This document shows positions 35,128 through 43,962 of a stretch of DNA of 64,000 bases, one piece after another. Position numbers and translations under genes: made by a program. Every line of letters starts with the position of its first letter. Positions within the stretch are counted from its first letter, which is position 1. Below the pieces are notes generated by a model. It was given only the letters and a program-made list of their open reading frames with translations, searched no databases and was not told the origin of the DNA. Source of the DNA: Minisyncoccia bacterium (lineage in GTDB: Bacteria; Patescibacteriota; Minisyncoccia; Phycocordibacterales; UBA9973); assembly GCA_049303835.1 (NCBI GenBank), contig JBAQNN010000002.1:94492-158491 (forward strand), in the 5' to 3' direction.

Positions 35128-38127
35128 CTAGTGTCCTCCGTGTCCCGCATCGTGTCCAGCATCATGTCCCCCACCAGAAGGCGCTTCCGGAGGATGTTCG
35201 TGTTTTGGTTCGGCAGATGCCTTTGGTGTGGCGTGTCCTCCGCCTCCCTTTCCTTCTTTCTTGTGGCCACCTTCTTTGTCGTGCTCTTCCTTATGGAACA
35301 CATCTTTATCTTTTCCTAGATCATATTTTTCTTTTTCAAGTCTCCTCATTTGATCTGGTGCGGTTTTTAGCCTATTTAATTGACCCAGTTCTGTTGTGGC
35401 TTTAAACGCAGCATTCTTTATTGCAGTCATTCTAGGATCGTTATCAGGAACGTTCTGCTTGACAAGCTCTTGAAGTTTTAAATCTTCCCTCTTCATAGTA
35501 AACGTGAGTTGGGCTATTCTCTTTTCTACCCCTTTCAGATTGACTTCATCTTTACCGTTTTTATTTTTTTCAACCAGTTTAGTGATTTCTCCCGAAATGT
35601 CGTCTTTTACCTCCATATTTTTTCCTTCTTCCATTATTGTAGTTAAATTTTCTAACGCCACAGTATTCTCTGTCAACCTGTCTTCTATCTTTTGTAGTTT
35701 TTTATGCCCTTTTTCAATATCAGTGGCGAATGATCCCTGGGCCGCTTCTCCCGTGCCTTTTACTCCCGTAGCTTCCTTGAATTTTCTGGTCACTCCAAAC
35801 GCTGCTGCTCCGGCTGTTGTGACCTTTGCCGCCGTAGCTATACCCGCTATACCCGCGATACCACCGATTCCAGCAAGTGCTGCTGCCACCCCAGCTTTCA
35901 TTACAACCTTCTGGGTTCTTCCTTTGTTTATATCGTCTATTGTGGGTTCTTTGTGTGCTTCTTTAAACATTCTCTCAAATCTTTCTTTGTCGAATCCACT
36001 TCCTTCTCTTGTTTGTGCTTCTTTTTCTGCATCCTTTTTTTCTTCAGCCCAGTTCTTATATTCTTTTGAATCTTTGTAATTGTTTTGGTCAACCATTCCA
36101 CCACTTGCTTTCAACAAAGAACGCGCGAGAGAAGCCGTTAATCCATTTTGTCCGAAGTTATTTATAAATTCTTTCATTCTGTCGTGATTGAGTTCATCCG
36201 CCGATTTGTATCCCTTTGGTCGCTCACCGTTTTTCTTCTTAAATTCTTCCTCACTAATTCCATTCTTCTTTGCTATCGCAAGATTACTGTCGTATTCATC
36301 TTGTTTTTTCTTTGACCATGCTTTTACTTCGTCACCACTCATACTTGTTTTATAGAGCTTTGATTCTTCTTCTAATTTCTTCTTTTGCTTTTCTTTTCGT
36401 CCTTGGTATCCTCCCTCATTTGCAGAACCCAAATTTATGCCGGTTCCGCTTACAAATTTCTTTCCAAGACCAGTGGCCCGAATATCGAAGGATGCCTTTG
36501 ATCCATAATCTGCTGTTTTTAGCATCTTTCTTGCTGCCCAACCAGTGAACCCCCTTTCTTTATTGTTTGCGGCGGTTTTTAGACCCTCACTGCTTGCAAC
36601 TTTACTCGATATCGCGCCTATTGCTTGTGTTGCCATAAGCGATGTACCTCCTGTAGCAGCACCCAAGGCGAGTCCCCCAATTAGTTTTGCACCAGTCATC
36701 AATTTTTCTCCCAAGGCGCCGGAACCCTTTTTGGCATATTCTGTAGCTTTGAGTAAGAGAATTAGAATTACTAAGGCAGGAATTATGATGAGCAAGATAG
36801 TTTCTATGAAGCTCGCGTTTGATTTAGAAATAATTTGGTCAAATATCTTTGCTTGAATCAGCATAAATATAAAATACATAAAGAACATGAAAATCGGCGC
36901 CATAAAAGCGGTTTTAAGCAAACGTTTGAACCAAGCATCCCAACCCAAATATTCAACACTACTTAAAATTGGAATGGTTGAAGACATAAAAGCAAAAGGA
37001 GAGAATATAATTAGAACAAAAAGTTCAATCATACGGCCCACAAAGCTGATGCCGGCAACAAAAAAACAATATGCGGCAAAAAACATGAGCACTCCAGCGA
37101 TGATTGTGATTCCAATCAACATACCCCCAGAAACTTCAGTTGAAGCTTTAACTCCTCCTATTTCTTGGGTTTTAAGTTTTGCAAAAAAATCTGGGGTTAA
37201 TAAACTAGTTGGATTGAATGCGTTTACCATACCACCAGCGACATCCTTTTCTCCATTTGCCGTGTTTTGATATTCCCGTACTTTACCATCTGCGTTTACT
37301 GTGTTGACTTCCATTTTATTGTAAAAAACCAAAGCCAAAACATTAGAAGTATCAATAATTACTTGAGTAAAGAACATAGAAAAGTTTATCAAGAGAGCAA
37401 TAACGATGACTTTCACTATCATTTTTTTTGCATCGTGTCCCGCTAAATCTAAAATTATTTTTATAGCGATAAAAAGGAGAATGAGTATAAAGAAAATATT
37501 TGAAAGATCTCGAACTACACCCCAAGCAGTAGGGATGAATGTAGAATTAGCAAACAATTTGCCACTAAGTGTGATGAATATTAAAACATTAAAAAAATAA
37601 GCTGATAACCACAACAAGAAAGAAGGAATAACATAAAAAAGACCATAAGATGCCTGCACAAAACATCCGGGATAAAAGGAAGAGTCACTTCCTCCTAGCC
37701 CGGTTACTCCAAATCCGCAAATATTTTTTCCAATTTCATTCTCAAATGCAGTTTTTGGGCTATTTGTATTTTGTACATCTGTTCCATCTGCCGCTGCATC
37801 AGATGCTTTTGGTCTCCACTGCCCCCCTCCAGCTTCACAAACACTTTTTGTCTTTTCAGTTACTACACTATTTGTGGTACAAATTCCGGTTACTTCGTCT
37901 TTATTGTCTGGAACCCATCTTTTAGTAAAACCCTCAAGTAGTTCAAGATCCGTACATTTTTGTTGTGTTTCAAACTTTTCTCTTCGTATTATATCGCCAT
38001 TCCTATTTGAAACTTCACAGGTTCCTGTTCCTGTTTGTGCCTCTACTTTCTCAGCCATCCCAAATACCCCGCCCAGTACGATGAGTATCAATAAATATGG
38101 TATTATTTTTTTTACTCTATTTTTCAT
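35128..38127 (-). CDS. polytopic membrane protein, VirB6/TrbL-like, with Cys-containing N-terminal ectodomain, long coiled-coil tail and His/Gly-rich C-terminus
   Basis: 999 aa: signal peptide, about 8 TM helices between aa ~150 and 480, charged coiled-coil region. Ends with GGGGHATPKASAEPKHEHPPEAPSGGGHDAGHDAGHGGH. Confidence 0.5.
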   Translation of the reverse strand: MKNRVKKIIPYLLILIVLGGVFGMAEKVEAQTGTGTCEVSNRNGDIIRREKFETQQKCTDLELLEGFTKRWVPDNKDEVTGICTTNSVVTEKTKSVCEAGGGQWRPKASDAAADGTDVQNTNSPKTAFENEIGKNICGFGVTGLGGSDSSFYPGCFVQASYGLFYVIPSFLLWLSAYFFNVLIFITLSGKLFANSTFIPTAWGVVRDLSNIFFILILLFIAIKIILDLAGHDAKKMIVKVIVIALLINFSMFFTQVIIDTSNVLALVFYNKMEVNTVNADGKVREYQNTANGEKDVAGGMVNAFNPTSLLTPDFFAKLKTQEIGGVKASTEVSGGMLIGITIIAGVLMFFAAYCFFVAGISFVGRMIELFVLIIFSPFAFMSSTIPILSSVEYLGWDAWFKRLLKTAFMAPIFMFFMYFIFMLIQAKIFDQIISKSNASFIETILLIIIPALVILILLLKATEYAKKGSGALGEKLMTGAKLIGGLALGAATGGTSLMATQAIGAISSKVASSEGLKTAANNKERGFTGWAARKMLKTADYGSKASFDIRATGLGKKFVSGTGINLGSANEGGYQGRKEKQKKKLEEESKLYKTSMSGDEVKAWSKKKQDEYDSNLAIAKKNGISEEEFKKKNGERPKGYKSADELNHDRMKEFINNFGQNGLTASLARSLLKASGGMVDQNNYKDSKEYKNWAEEKKDAEKEAQTREGSGFDKERFERMFKEAHKEPTIDDINKGRTQKVVMKAGVAAALAGIGGIAGIAGIATAAKVTTAGAAAFGVTRKFKEATGVKGTGEAAQGSFATDIEKGHKKLQKIEDRLTENTVALENLTTIMEEGKNMEVKDDISGEITKLVEKNKNGKDEVNLKGVEKRIAQLTFTMKREDLKLQELVKQNVPDNDPRMTAIKNAAFKATTELGQLNRLKTAPDQMRRLEKEKYDLGKDKDVFHKEEHDKEGGHKKEGKGGGGHATPKASAEPKHEHPPEAPSGGGHDAGHDAGHGGH

Positions 38128-38176
38128 CTCTTTTACTATTCCAGCAACCTCTTAACTTAAAAAACCTTAAACATAT

Positions 38177-40564
38177 TTAAAACGTATCCTCTCCCGCATG
38201 TGTATAGTCCGTCTTATTAGATCTAAAGACAGAGTTGCAATCTATGTCTGCACTGATTCTTTTATCTGTTTCACCTCCACCCAACCAGCTACAAATTCCA
38301 GTACAGGTAATATCTCCGTAAATATTTTTTGCATTGACTATAGGAAGATCTTTGTAGCCTTCTTCTCCCTCGTCATTGTTTTCGTTTCTGAAGGTGAAAG
38401 ATTGCCCTTGGTTAGAGGAATCTGATCTTATTATCTCTCCATGGCTATATCCAGAAACTATCGGAATGCTACAGAACTTTGCAAGTTCCGTCATTTGTCC
38501 ATGTTGTTTGCTTTCTCTTCCTCCAATTTTGTCCCAGTCAGCATTTTCTCTCTGTCCTTCACATTCTGTAGCCATATTCTTTATACTATTCCTTTTGTCG
38601 TTTAGTGAGTCCACATCTGATCTAGCGTTTTCTATTGTTATAGAAGATGAAACTGAAGATTTTATTGAATTATATTGTTTCTTTAACAGAACCATAGTTT
38701 TTTCCTGGGCAGAACCAGCTTCTGGTTGTGTCGCTATCGCCGCTAAGCCTGTTTTTTGTGCCGCTTTTTCGTTTCCTGCTATCGCCTTTAACCTTGCAAG
38801 CGCCTGAGCTTTTTCTCTTTTTATTCTTATAGCTTCGTCCATTTTTTCTGGAAAACCATCCATATTACTTATCTCCTCTAAATACAATATTGAGTTAGGA
38901 AGTTCATTTATCATTCTCATTATCACCCAATCCTTAAAGGAATCTACTGCAAACTTTAATTCTCTAACAGCATCAGTCGCTGCTTTTATTTTTAGATCAT
39001 CATCCCCAGCCTGATCTTTTTGTAGTTTATTTACAATTCTTCCCTGTTCTTCTTTTAATCTTTTTTCCCAGTTTTTGTCTGGTCCAGGAATACACTGGTC
39101 TAGTTTTTCAGCAAGTTGAGAGATCCCAAGACTTTCTGGATTAATATTATTTATTAGTTTCGGTATTATTTCTAGAAGAATTATTTCAGTTTCTGTGTTT
39201 GCTATGTCCCCAGGTATATAGGTACCATTACCAGTATTTCCTATTTCCTCGATCGTTTCTTCAGCACCTGTTTCTGGATTGATTTTTGTAACAATAGTTT
39301 TTCCATGCAATTGTTTTTTAAATTTATCTAATATGATTTCTTCGTCAGGCCCGGAGTCCCAGGACGAGTTAGCTCCTCCCTCATCAGGGCTTCCAAGAGT
39401 TAGCCCATTATAGCTCCAATCGTCCACTACAGGCTCAGGGTTTTTCTTGCTTGCTAGGCTATTTAGCCCGTCTCCTATGAATTTATTTAATAAAGCATCA
39501 AAAATGGTTGAAAGACTATTCCCCATAGCTGCTCCGAGTTCACTTTGGCGAAAGTTTGATCCTAGGGCATTTGTTATCTGGCTTGATACGACAGCGCCAG
39601 GAGTTGTACTTACTAATCCTCCTGGACAAGTATTTTCTTCTTGCCAATCTTGTTTTTCAGTTGCAACCCCATTTTGATAATCCATGTTGTAATTATCACA
39701 CCGCGTCTTTTCTTCTGGTGTTGGTTGTCCGTCGATGTTAAACTGACAAAAACTCTCATCATATTTTTGTGATGGCTTGAAGCTCGGTCTCTGAAATTCG
39801 TTCACTCCATTATTGTAGGATGGATTTGATGGACAAGTTTGTGGAGACAAGAACCCCATTCCCTGTTGTAGGGTTGTTTGTACCTTCTGTGCAGCTGTTT
39901 GAGTGGTTCCTTGTACTCGTCTAGCGAGTTCTTCTGTAGCGAGCATTTGGAAGCCTAGATAATTGTTTTGTGGATATTGAGTGTTTATGAGGAAAGCATC
40001 CCAGCCCCCTACATTGAAATTATTTTGATAGTTGCGAAGTTGTACTGGGTCAGTCATGACCTTACTCAAAGAATATGCTGCGTTATCACTGAGTTGTCTT
40101 TTATATGCGTTTATTGTGTTTAAAGCAAAATCTTTACCAAAAGGATATTTTAGATTGTCATAACCGAATGTGTCTACTAAATTTTTTACTTCTGATTTAG
40201 CGATGTCTTCAAAAAATGATTGTGGGTTTTCTAAAAAGAGAGGGCTTCCATGAAAACCCGAATTTATCCAGTTTACAGTACTTTTTGTTATCTCTTGTAG
40301 GGCTTTTCGGGCTACGGCTTGCAAAACTTGCTTCAAGATTTCTTGATACCATGTTTGTACAGCCTTTGAGGCAGTTATAGCGTTGGAGGCATTTCCTTGT
40401 ATTCCCAACGCAACCTTTATTCCACTCCATATCCCCCCCAAGATATCCATTACAGTAACTGCCTCAGCCTTCCTTGGTTCAATAAATAAAAAAGAGGGGA
40501 CAAGAATCATAATTAGCAGGAAAAGAGAGATTAACTTTTGAATTTTTGGGTTCTTAAAAATCAT
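38177..40564 (-). CDS. large secreted/anchored protein of unknown function (T4SS-like operon)
   Basis: 795 aa, N-terminal hydrophobic anchor ending ...PRKAEA, several Cys pairs, no motif recognised. Confidence 0.55.
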   Translation of the reverse strand: MIFKNPKIQKLISLFLLIMILVPSFLFIEPRKAEAVTVMDILGGIWSGIKVALGIQGNASNAITASKAVQTWYQEILKQVLQAVARKALQEITKSTVNWINSGFHGSPLFLENPQSFFEDIAKSEVKNLVDTFGYDNLKYPFGKDFALNTINAYKRQLSDNAAYSLSKVMTDPVQLRNYQNNFNVGGWDAFLINTQYPQNNYLGFQMLATEELARRVQGTTQTAAQKVQTTLQQGMGFLSPQTCPSNPSYNNGVNEFQRPSFKPSQKYDESFCQFNIDGQPTPEEKTRCDNYNMDYQNGVATEKQDWQEENTCPGGLVSTTPGAVVSSQITNALGSNFRQSELGAAMGNSLSTIFDALLNKFIGDGLNSLASKKNPEPVVDDWSYNGLTLGSPDEGGANSSWDSGPDEEIILDKFKKQLHGKTIVTKINPETGAEETIEEIGNTGNGTYIPGDIANTETEIILLEIIPKLINNINPESLGISQLAEKLDQCIPGPDKNWEKRLKEEQGRIVNKLQKDQAGDDDLKIKAATDAVRELKFAVDSFKDWVIMRMINELPNSILYLEEISNMDGFPEKMDEAIRIKREKAQALARLKAIAGNEKAAQKTGLAAIATQPEAGSAQEKTMVLLKKQYNSIKSSVSSSITIENARSDVDSLNDKRNSIKNMATECEGQRENADWDKIGGRESKQHGQMTELAKFCSIPIVSGYSHGEIIRSDSSNQGQSFTFRNENNDEGEEGYKDLPIVNAKNIYGDITCTGICSWLGGGETDKRISADIDCNSVFRSNKTDYTHAGEDTF

Positions 40565-40594
40565 TTGAAGTATTTTAATTATATAATTTTTTAC

Positions 40595-41476
40595 TTAATC
40601 ATTCAATTTATTATACACTTCCTCACTCAGATTCTTGATTGTTTCCTCTAAAGAAACGCTATTTTTTTCGTACTGACTTATTCCTATAAGCGAAACGATT
40701 GCATCCGTGTCATACATCTTGATGTCTTCTATGTTTTCTGCAATTCTTTCCATCCCGTTTATAAAACTCAAATGAAGTGGAACCAAAGATTTTGGTACTC
40801 CTATTTTTAATATTTCGTCTATCAAACTTCTCGTTTGTTTTATTATTGGGTCTAAGTCTTTTAAAACACTTGTGTCCACATTATTTTCATCTATTACAAA
40901 TTTACCCAGCACCTCGATAACGCTTCCCTTTATGGGGTTTTTGGCATAAGCACTGTTTAGCTCATCGTTGTATGTCCTTATTGTTGCGTATTGATTTTCG
41001 TCCAGGATTTTTATATCCGCTTGGGTAAACACCTTTCTAGGTAAGATATTTTGCATTTTTTCGGAAAGAGAGGTAGTTATGCTGTCCACTGTCTTTTCAT
41101 CTACATTTCCTTGCTGATTAAGAGTTGCTACTGTTGAGAACAGTTCCCTTGAAAATTTCTCTGTCTCTGTGAGATTTTCAGTGTAATCTGGGCTGTCTTC
41201 AGTTGTAATGTTTGTGTCAAAACCTTGTTCAGCTTTCAATTTTTTTATTACCGAACTATCTGGGGCTCCGGGAGTAGTTTCTTTTGTTGTCGGGTCTAGA
41301 CCCCACAATGGCTCCTCCCAATCCAAAATTCCATCCCCATCTGTATCTTTATTTACTAGGTCTCCTATCGCCACAGTGTCATAAGTCAGTCCATCTTGTC
41401 CGCCCTTAACAAAATCTACAGTATTTTGAAACACAGAAGTGTTTTTCGCCAAAAAAAGGATGACGAGAAAAACCAC
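40595..41476 (-). CDS. membrane-anchored protein with one thrombospondin-type-3-like Ca-binding motif; first gene of T4SS-like operon (true start probably upstream, see findings)
   Basis: 293 aa from GTG. Contains DTDGDGILDWEE. The reading frame stays open 5' to 41562. Confidence 0.55.
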   Translation of the reverse strand: MVFLVILFLAKNTSVFQNTVDFVKGGQDGLTYDTVAIGDLVNKDTDGDGILDWEEPLWGLDPTTKETTPGAPDSSVIKKLKAEQGFDTNITTEDSPDYTENLTETEKFSRELFSTVATLNQQGNVDEKTVDSITTSLSEKMQNILPRKVFTQADIKILDENQYATIRTYNDELNSAYAKNPIKGSVIEVLGKFVIDENNVDTSVLKDLDPIIKQTRSLIDEILKIGVPKSLVPLHLSFINGMERIAENIEDIKMYDTDAIVSLIGISQYEKNSVSLEETIKNLSEEVYNKLND

Positions 41477-41562
41477 TGCCGAGCAGATTAAAATTACTCT
41501 TTTGTGTTTTGACCAAAATTCTTTAATTATGCTTTTATTGTACCACTTCTTTTGGAAGTAAA

Positions 41563-42417
41563 CTAGTTTTTAGCAAGCATTGACCAGTCTGATAGTGACA
41601 AATCTTCCGCTCTTTTATCTCCCAAGTTTGCCGAAGACAATTTTTCGGTAGAAATCAACCCTTTTAGGTTTGAAGAAAGCTTTTTGCGCTTGTGGGCAAA
41701 GCCATTTTTCACTATTTCCCAAAATTTTTCTTCATTTATTTTATTTTTATAAAAAAATTGACGAGAAATATTTTTTATCTCAATGATTGCCGAATCAACC
41801 TTGGGCTCGGGAGAAAAATACCTCTTATTTACCTTCATAACCATTTTCGGTTCCCCATATGCCTTCACGGAGATAGAAAGGATACTCTCCTTCCCGTCTC
41901 TGGCGACTATTCTAGACGCCACCTCGTGCTGAACCATGAGCACCATACGCTCTGGCTGATTTTCTGCTGTCAAAAATTTTTTTAAAATAGCGCCAGTGAT
42001 GTTGTAAGGAATGTTGGCAATTAGCTTATAGCTACACAAAATATTCTCGGACTCACCACGCATATTCACCTGCTGGTGAATTGCTTTTCTCGCGCCGTCG
42101 CGCTGCGAAGAGGTTCGCTCTAGAACATTTTGTTTCAGGTTAAAGTTCAAAATATCTTCATTTATTAACACAAAAGCACCTAACTGAATTTGTGTGGCAA
42201 ATTTGGTTTTTAAAAACTCAAAAAGTTCTCTATCTTTTTCTACTGCTACTACAGTGGCTCCGGTCTGTAGAAGTTTTTCTGTTAGCGCTCCCTTGCCCGG
42301 ACCAATCTCTAGGACAACATCACCAGGTTTTATTTCTCCCGCCTCGATAATCTTCTTGAGAGCTAGCTCAGATTTCAAAAAATTCTGTCCAAGTGATTTT
42401 TTTGCTTTGTGTATCAT
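41563..42417 (-). CDS. rsmA: 16S rRNA (adenine1518/1519-N6)-dimethyltransferase RsmA/KsgA
   Basis: 284 aa, SLGQNFL, VLEIGPGKGALT, ANIPYNIT motifs. Confidence 0.9.
   Translation of the reverse strand: MIHKAKKSLGQNFLKSELALKKIIEAGEIKPGDVVLEIGPGKGALTEKLLQTGATVVAVEKDRELFEFLKTKFATQIQLGAFVLINEDILNFNLKQNVLERTSSQRDGARKAIHQQVNMRGESENILCSYKLIANIPYNITGAILKKFLTAENQPERMVLMVQHEVASRIVARDGKESILSISVKAYGEPKMVMKVNKRYFSPEPKVDSAIIEIKNISRQFFYKNKINEEKFWEIVKNGFAHKRKKLSSNLKGLISTEKLSSANLGDKRAEDLSLSDWSMLAKN
42036..42133. repeat. in-frame GC-rich hairpin insertion inside rsmA (homologous to the pcrA copy)
   Basis: Closing stem ACAAAAT.TTCT / AGAA.ATTTTGT. Hairpin ATTCACC-TGCT-GGTGAAT (42064-42081) and hairpin GCGC-CGTC-GCGC (42092-42103). 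Confidence 0.7.
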
Positions 42418-43955
42418 ATTGAAAGAATATTTTTAAGTTCATACAAATTTTTTGGGAAGTAACTTTTTATGGTTGGATCCATTAATTTTTCTACTGGAGA
42501 AAAATTATCTGTTAGAATTATATGATTTTCCTCTTTTAAAGATTGGGTAGAAATTATTTTGTCTGATAAAAAGTTATTTTCTCCCGACAACAATTTTTGT
42601 CTGAGCTCTGTTTCATTTATCGGAAGTTTTCCGTTTATACCAACCAACACTATGTTTTGTGGAAGTTCTCTCTCTGCACCAAAAGCGAATATGTAAAAAT
42701 TTGGGAAACTAGTTTTAAAAGTATTTAGTACACTATGAGTAAAAATAGATTTTTCTCCCGAGATTGAGCCGATAAAATTTATTGCATAGATTCCACCCTC
42801 ATTTAGTCTTTCTTTTACCTTACTATTCCATTCTTTTGTTAATAAATACCAAGGTACAGATATAAATGAATTATATGCATCACCAAATATTACATCATAT
42901 TTTTCTGTGTTTTTATTTATGACATTTTTTGCATCTCCTACGATTGTTTTTATATTGTATTTTTTTAGATCAAAAAAAGCATTGCCGATATTGATCATTT
43001 CTGGGTCTATTTCAACAACCGAAACACTCGCATCTTTATAATAATTCTCAAAATGTTTTGGCATTGTATATGCCCCAGCACCAATGACGAGAATATTCTT
43101 TATTTTTTCTTTTAAGCTAGCAAAGACAGGATATATTTCCGGGTAATATTCAATTTTTTTTTGGGGTTCAATGCTGTGAAAATCAAAATCCAAAACTAAA
43201 ATCCTAGAATCCCCATATGAAGAAAAATTGGTATCAACGACTTTTGCATCGTAATAGTTTGTTTCTTTTTCAAATACTATCTTAGGGTTTGATGTCTCCC
43301 GCTGTGTGAAATATAAAATTGTTGGCACTAGAATTATTGTCAAAATAAAAATCAAAAGCACTTTTCTATTTTTAAAGGCAAAAATTCCTCCTACCAAAAA
43401 TAATATGATAGACATCAACCAAATTGCTTCCTTGCTTCCGATATGAGAGATAAAGAAAAATCCGGTCAAAAATACACCGAGGATGCCACCGAATGACCAA
43501 GCAAAGGATAATGTGCCGTACTCGCTGCCGATTTTTGAAAAGTCGTTGGCGAATCTTTTTAAAATTATCGGCTGGATGAGTCCTATCGCCAGTGTCGGAA
43601 GCAGGAAGAGATATATAGATAAATATAAATTTAATTTTAAGATAGAATCCGAAGAATTTGTGATAAAATCTGTATTTTTTGCCAATAGTGGAATTATAGA
43701 AACTAGTATTGCCGAAGCGAGGAATGCCAAAGGAAGTGATTTGTCCCCGTCTGTTTTGTCTGCTATCTGCCCGCCGACATAACTACCAAAGGCTAGGCCA
43801 AGTAGAGTTATACCTATAACCGATGTCCAAGTAAATACCGAGGAACCGATGATAGGGGCGACTATTCTGCTTGAAATTAATTCAACTACCATCACCGAAA
43901 ATCCAGCAAGAAAAGAACTTAGTACGTAGAGTGATTGTTTGTTGAGAATTTGCAT
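42414..43955 (-). CDS. fused polytopic membrane domain + spermidine synthase-like methyltransferase-fold protein
   Basis: 513 aa, about 7 N-terminal TM helices. C-terminal VLVIGAGAYTMPK...VVEIDPEM...GDA pattern of spermidine synthase-like proteins. Confidence 0.65.
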   Translation of the reverse strand: MQILNKQSLYVLSSFLAGFSVMVVELISSRIVAPIIGSSVFTWTSVIGITLLGLAFGSYVGGQIADKTDGDKSLPLAFLASAILVSIIPLLAKNTDFITNSSDSILKLNLYLSIYLFLLPTLAIGLIQPIILKRFANDFSKIGSEYGTLSFAWSFGGILGVFLTGFFFISHIGSKEAIWLMSIILFLVGGIFAFKNRKVLLIFILTIILVPTILYFTQRETSNPKIVFEKETNYYDAKVVDTNFSSYGDSRILVLDFDFHSIEPQKKIEYYPEIYPVFASLKEKIKNILVIGAGAYTMPKHFENYYKDASVSVVEIDPEMINIGNAFFDLKKYNIKTIVGDAKNVINKNTEKYDVIFGDAYNSFISVPWYLLTKEWNSKVKERLNEGGIYAINFIGSISGEKSIFTHSVLNTFKTSFPNFYIFAFGAERELPQNIVLVGINGKLPINETELRQKLLSGENNFLSDKIISTQSLKEENHIILTDNFSPVEKLMDPTIKSYFPKNLYELKNILSI

Positions 43956-43962
43956 ACATTCA

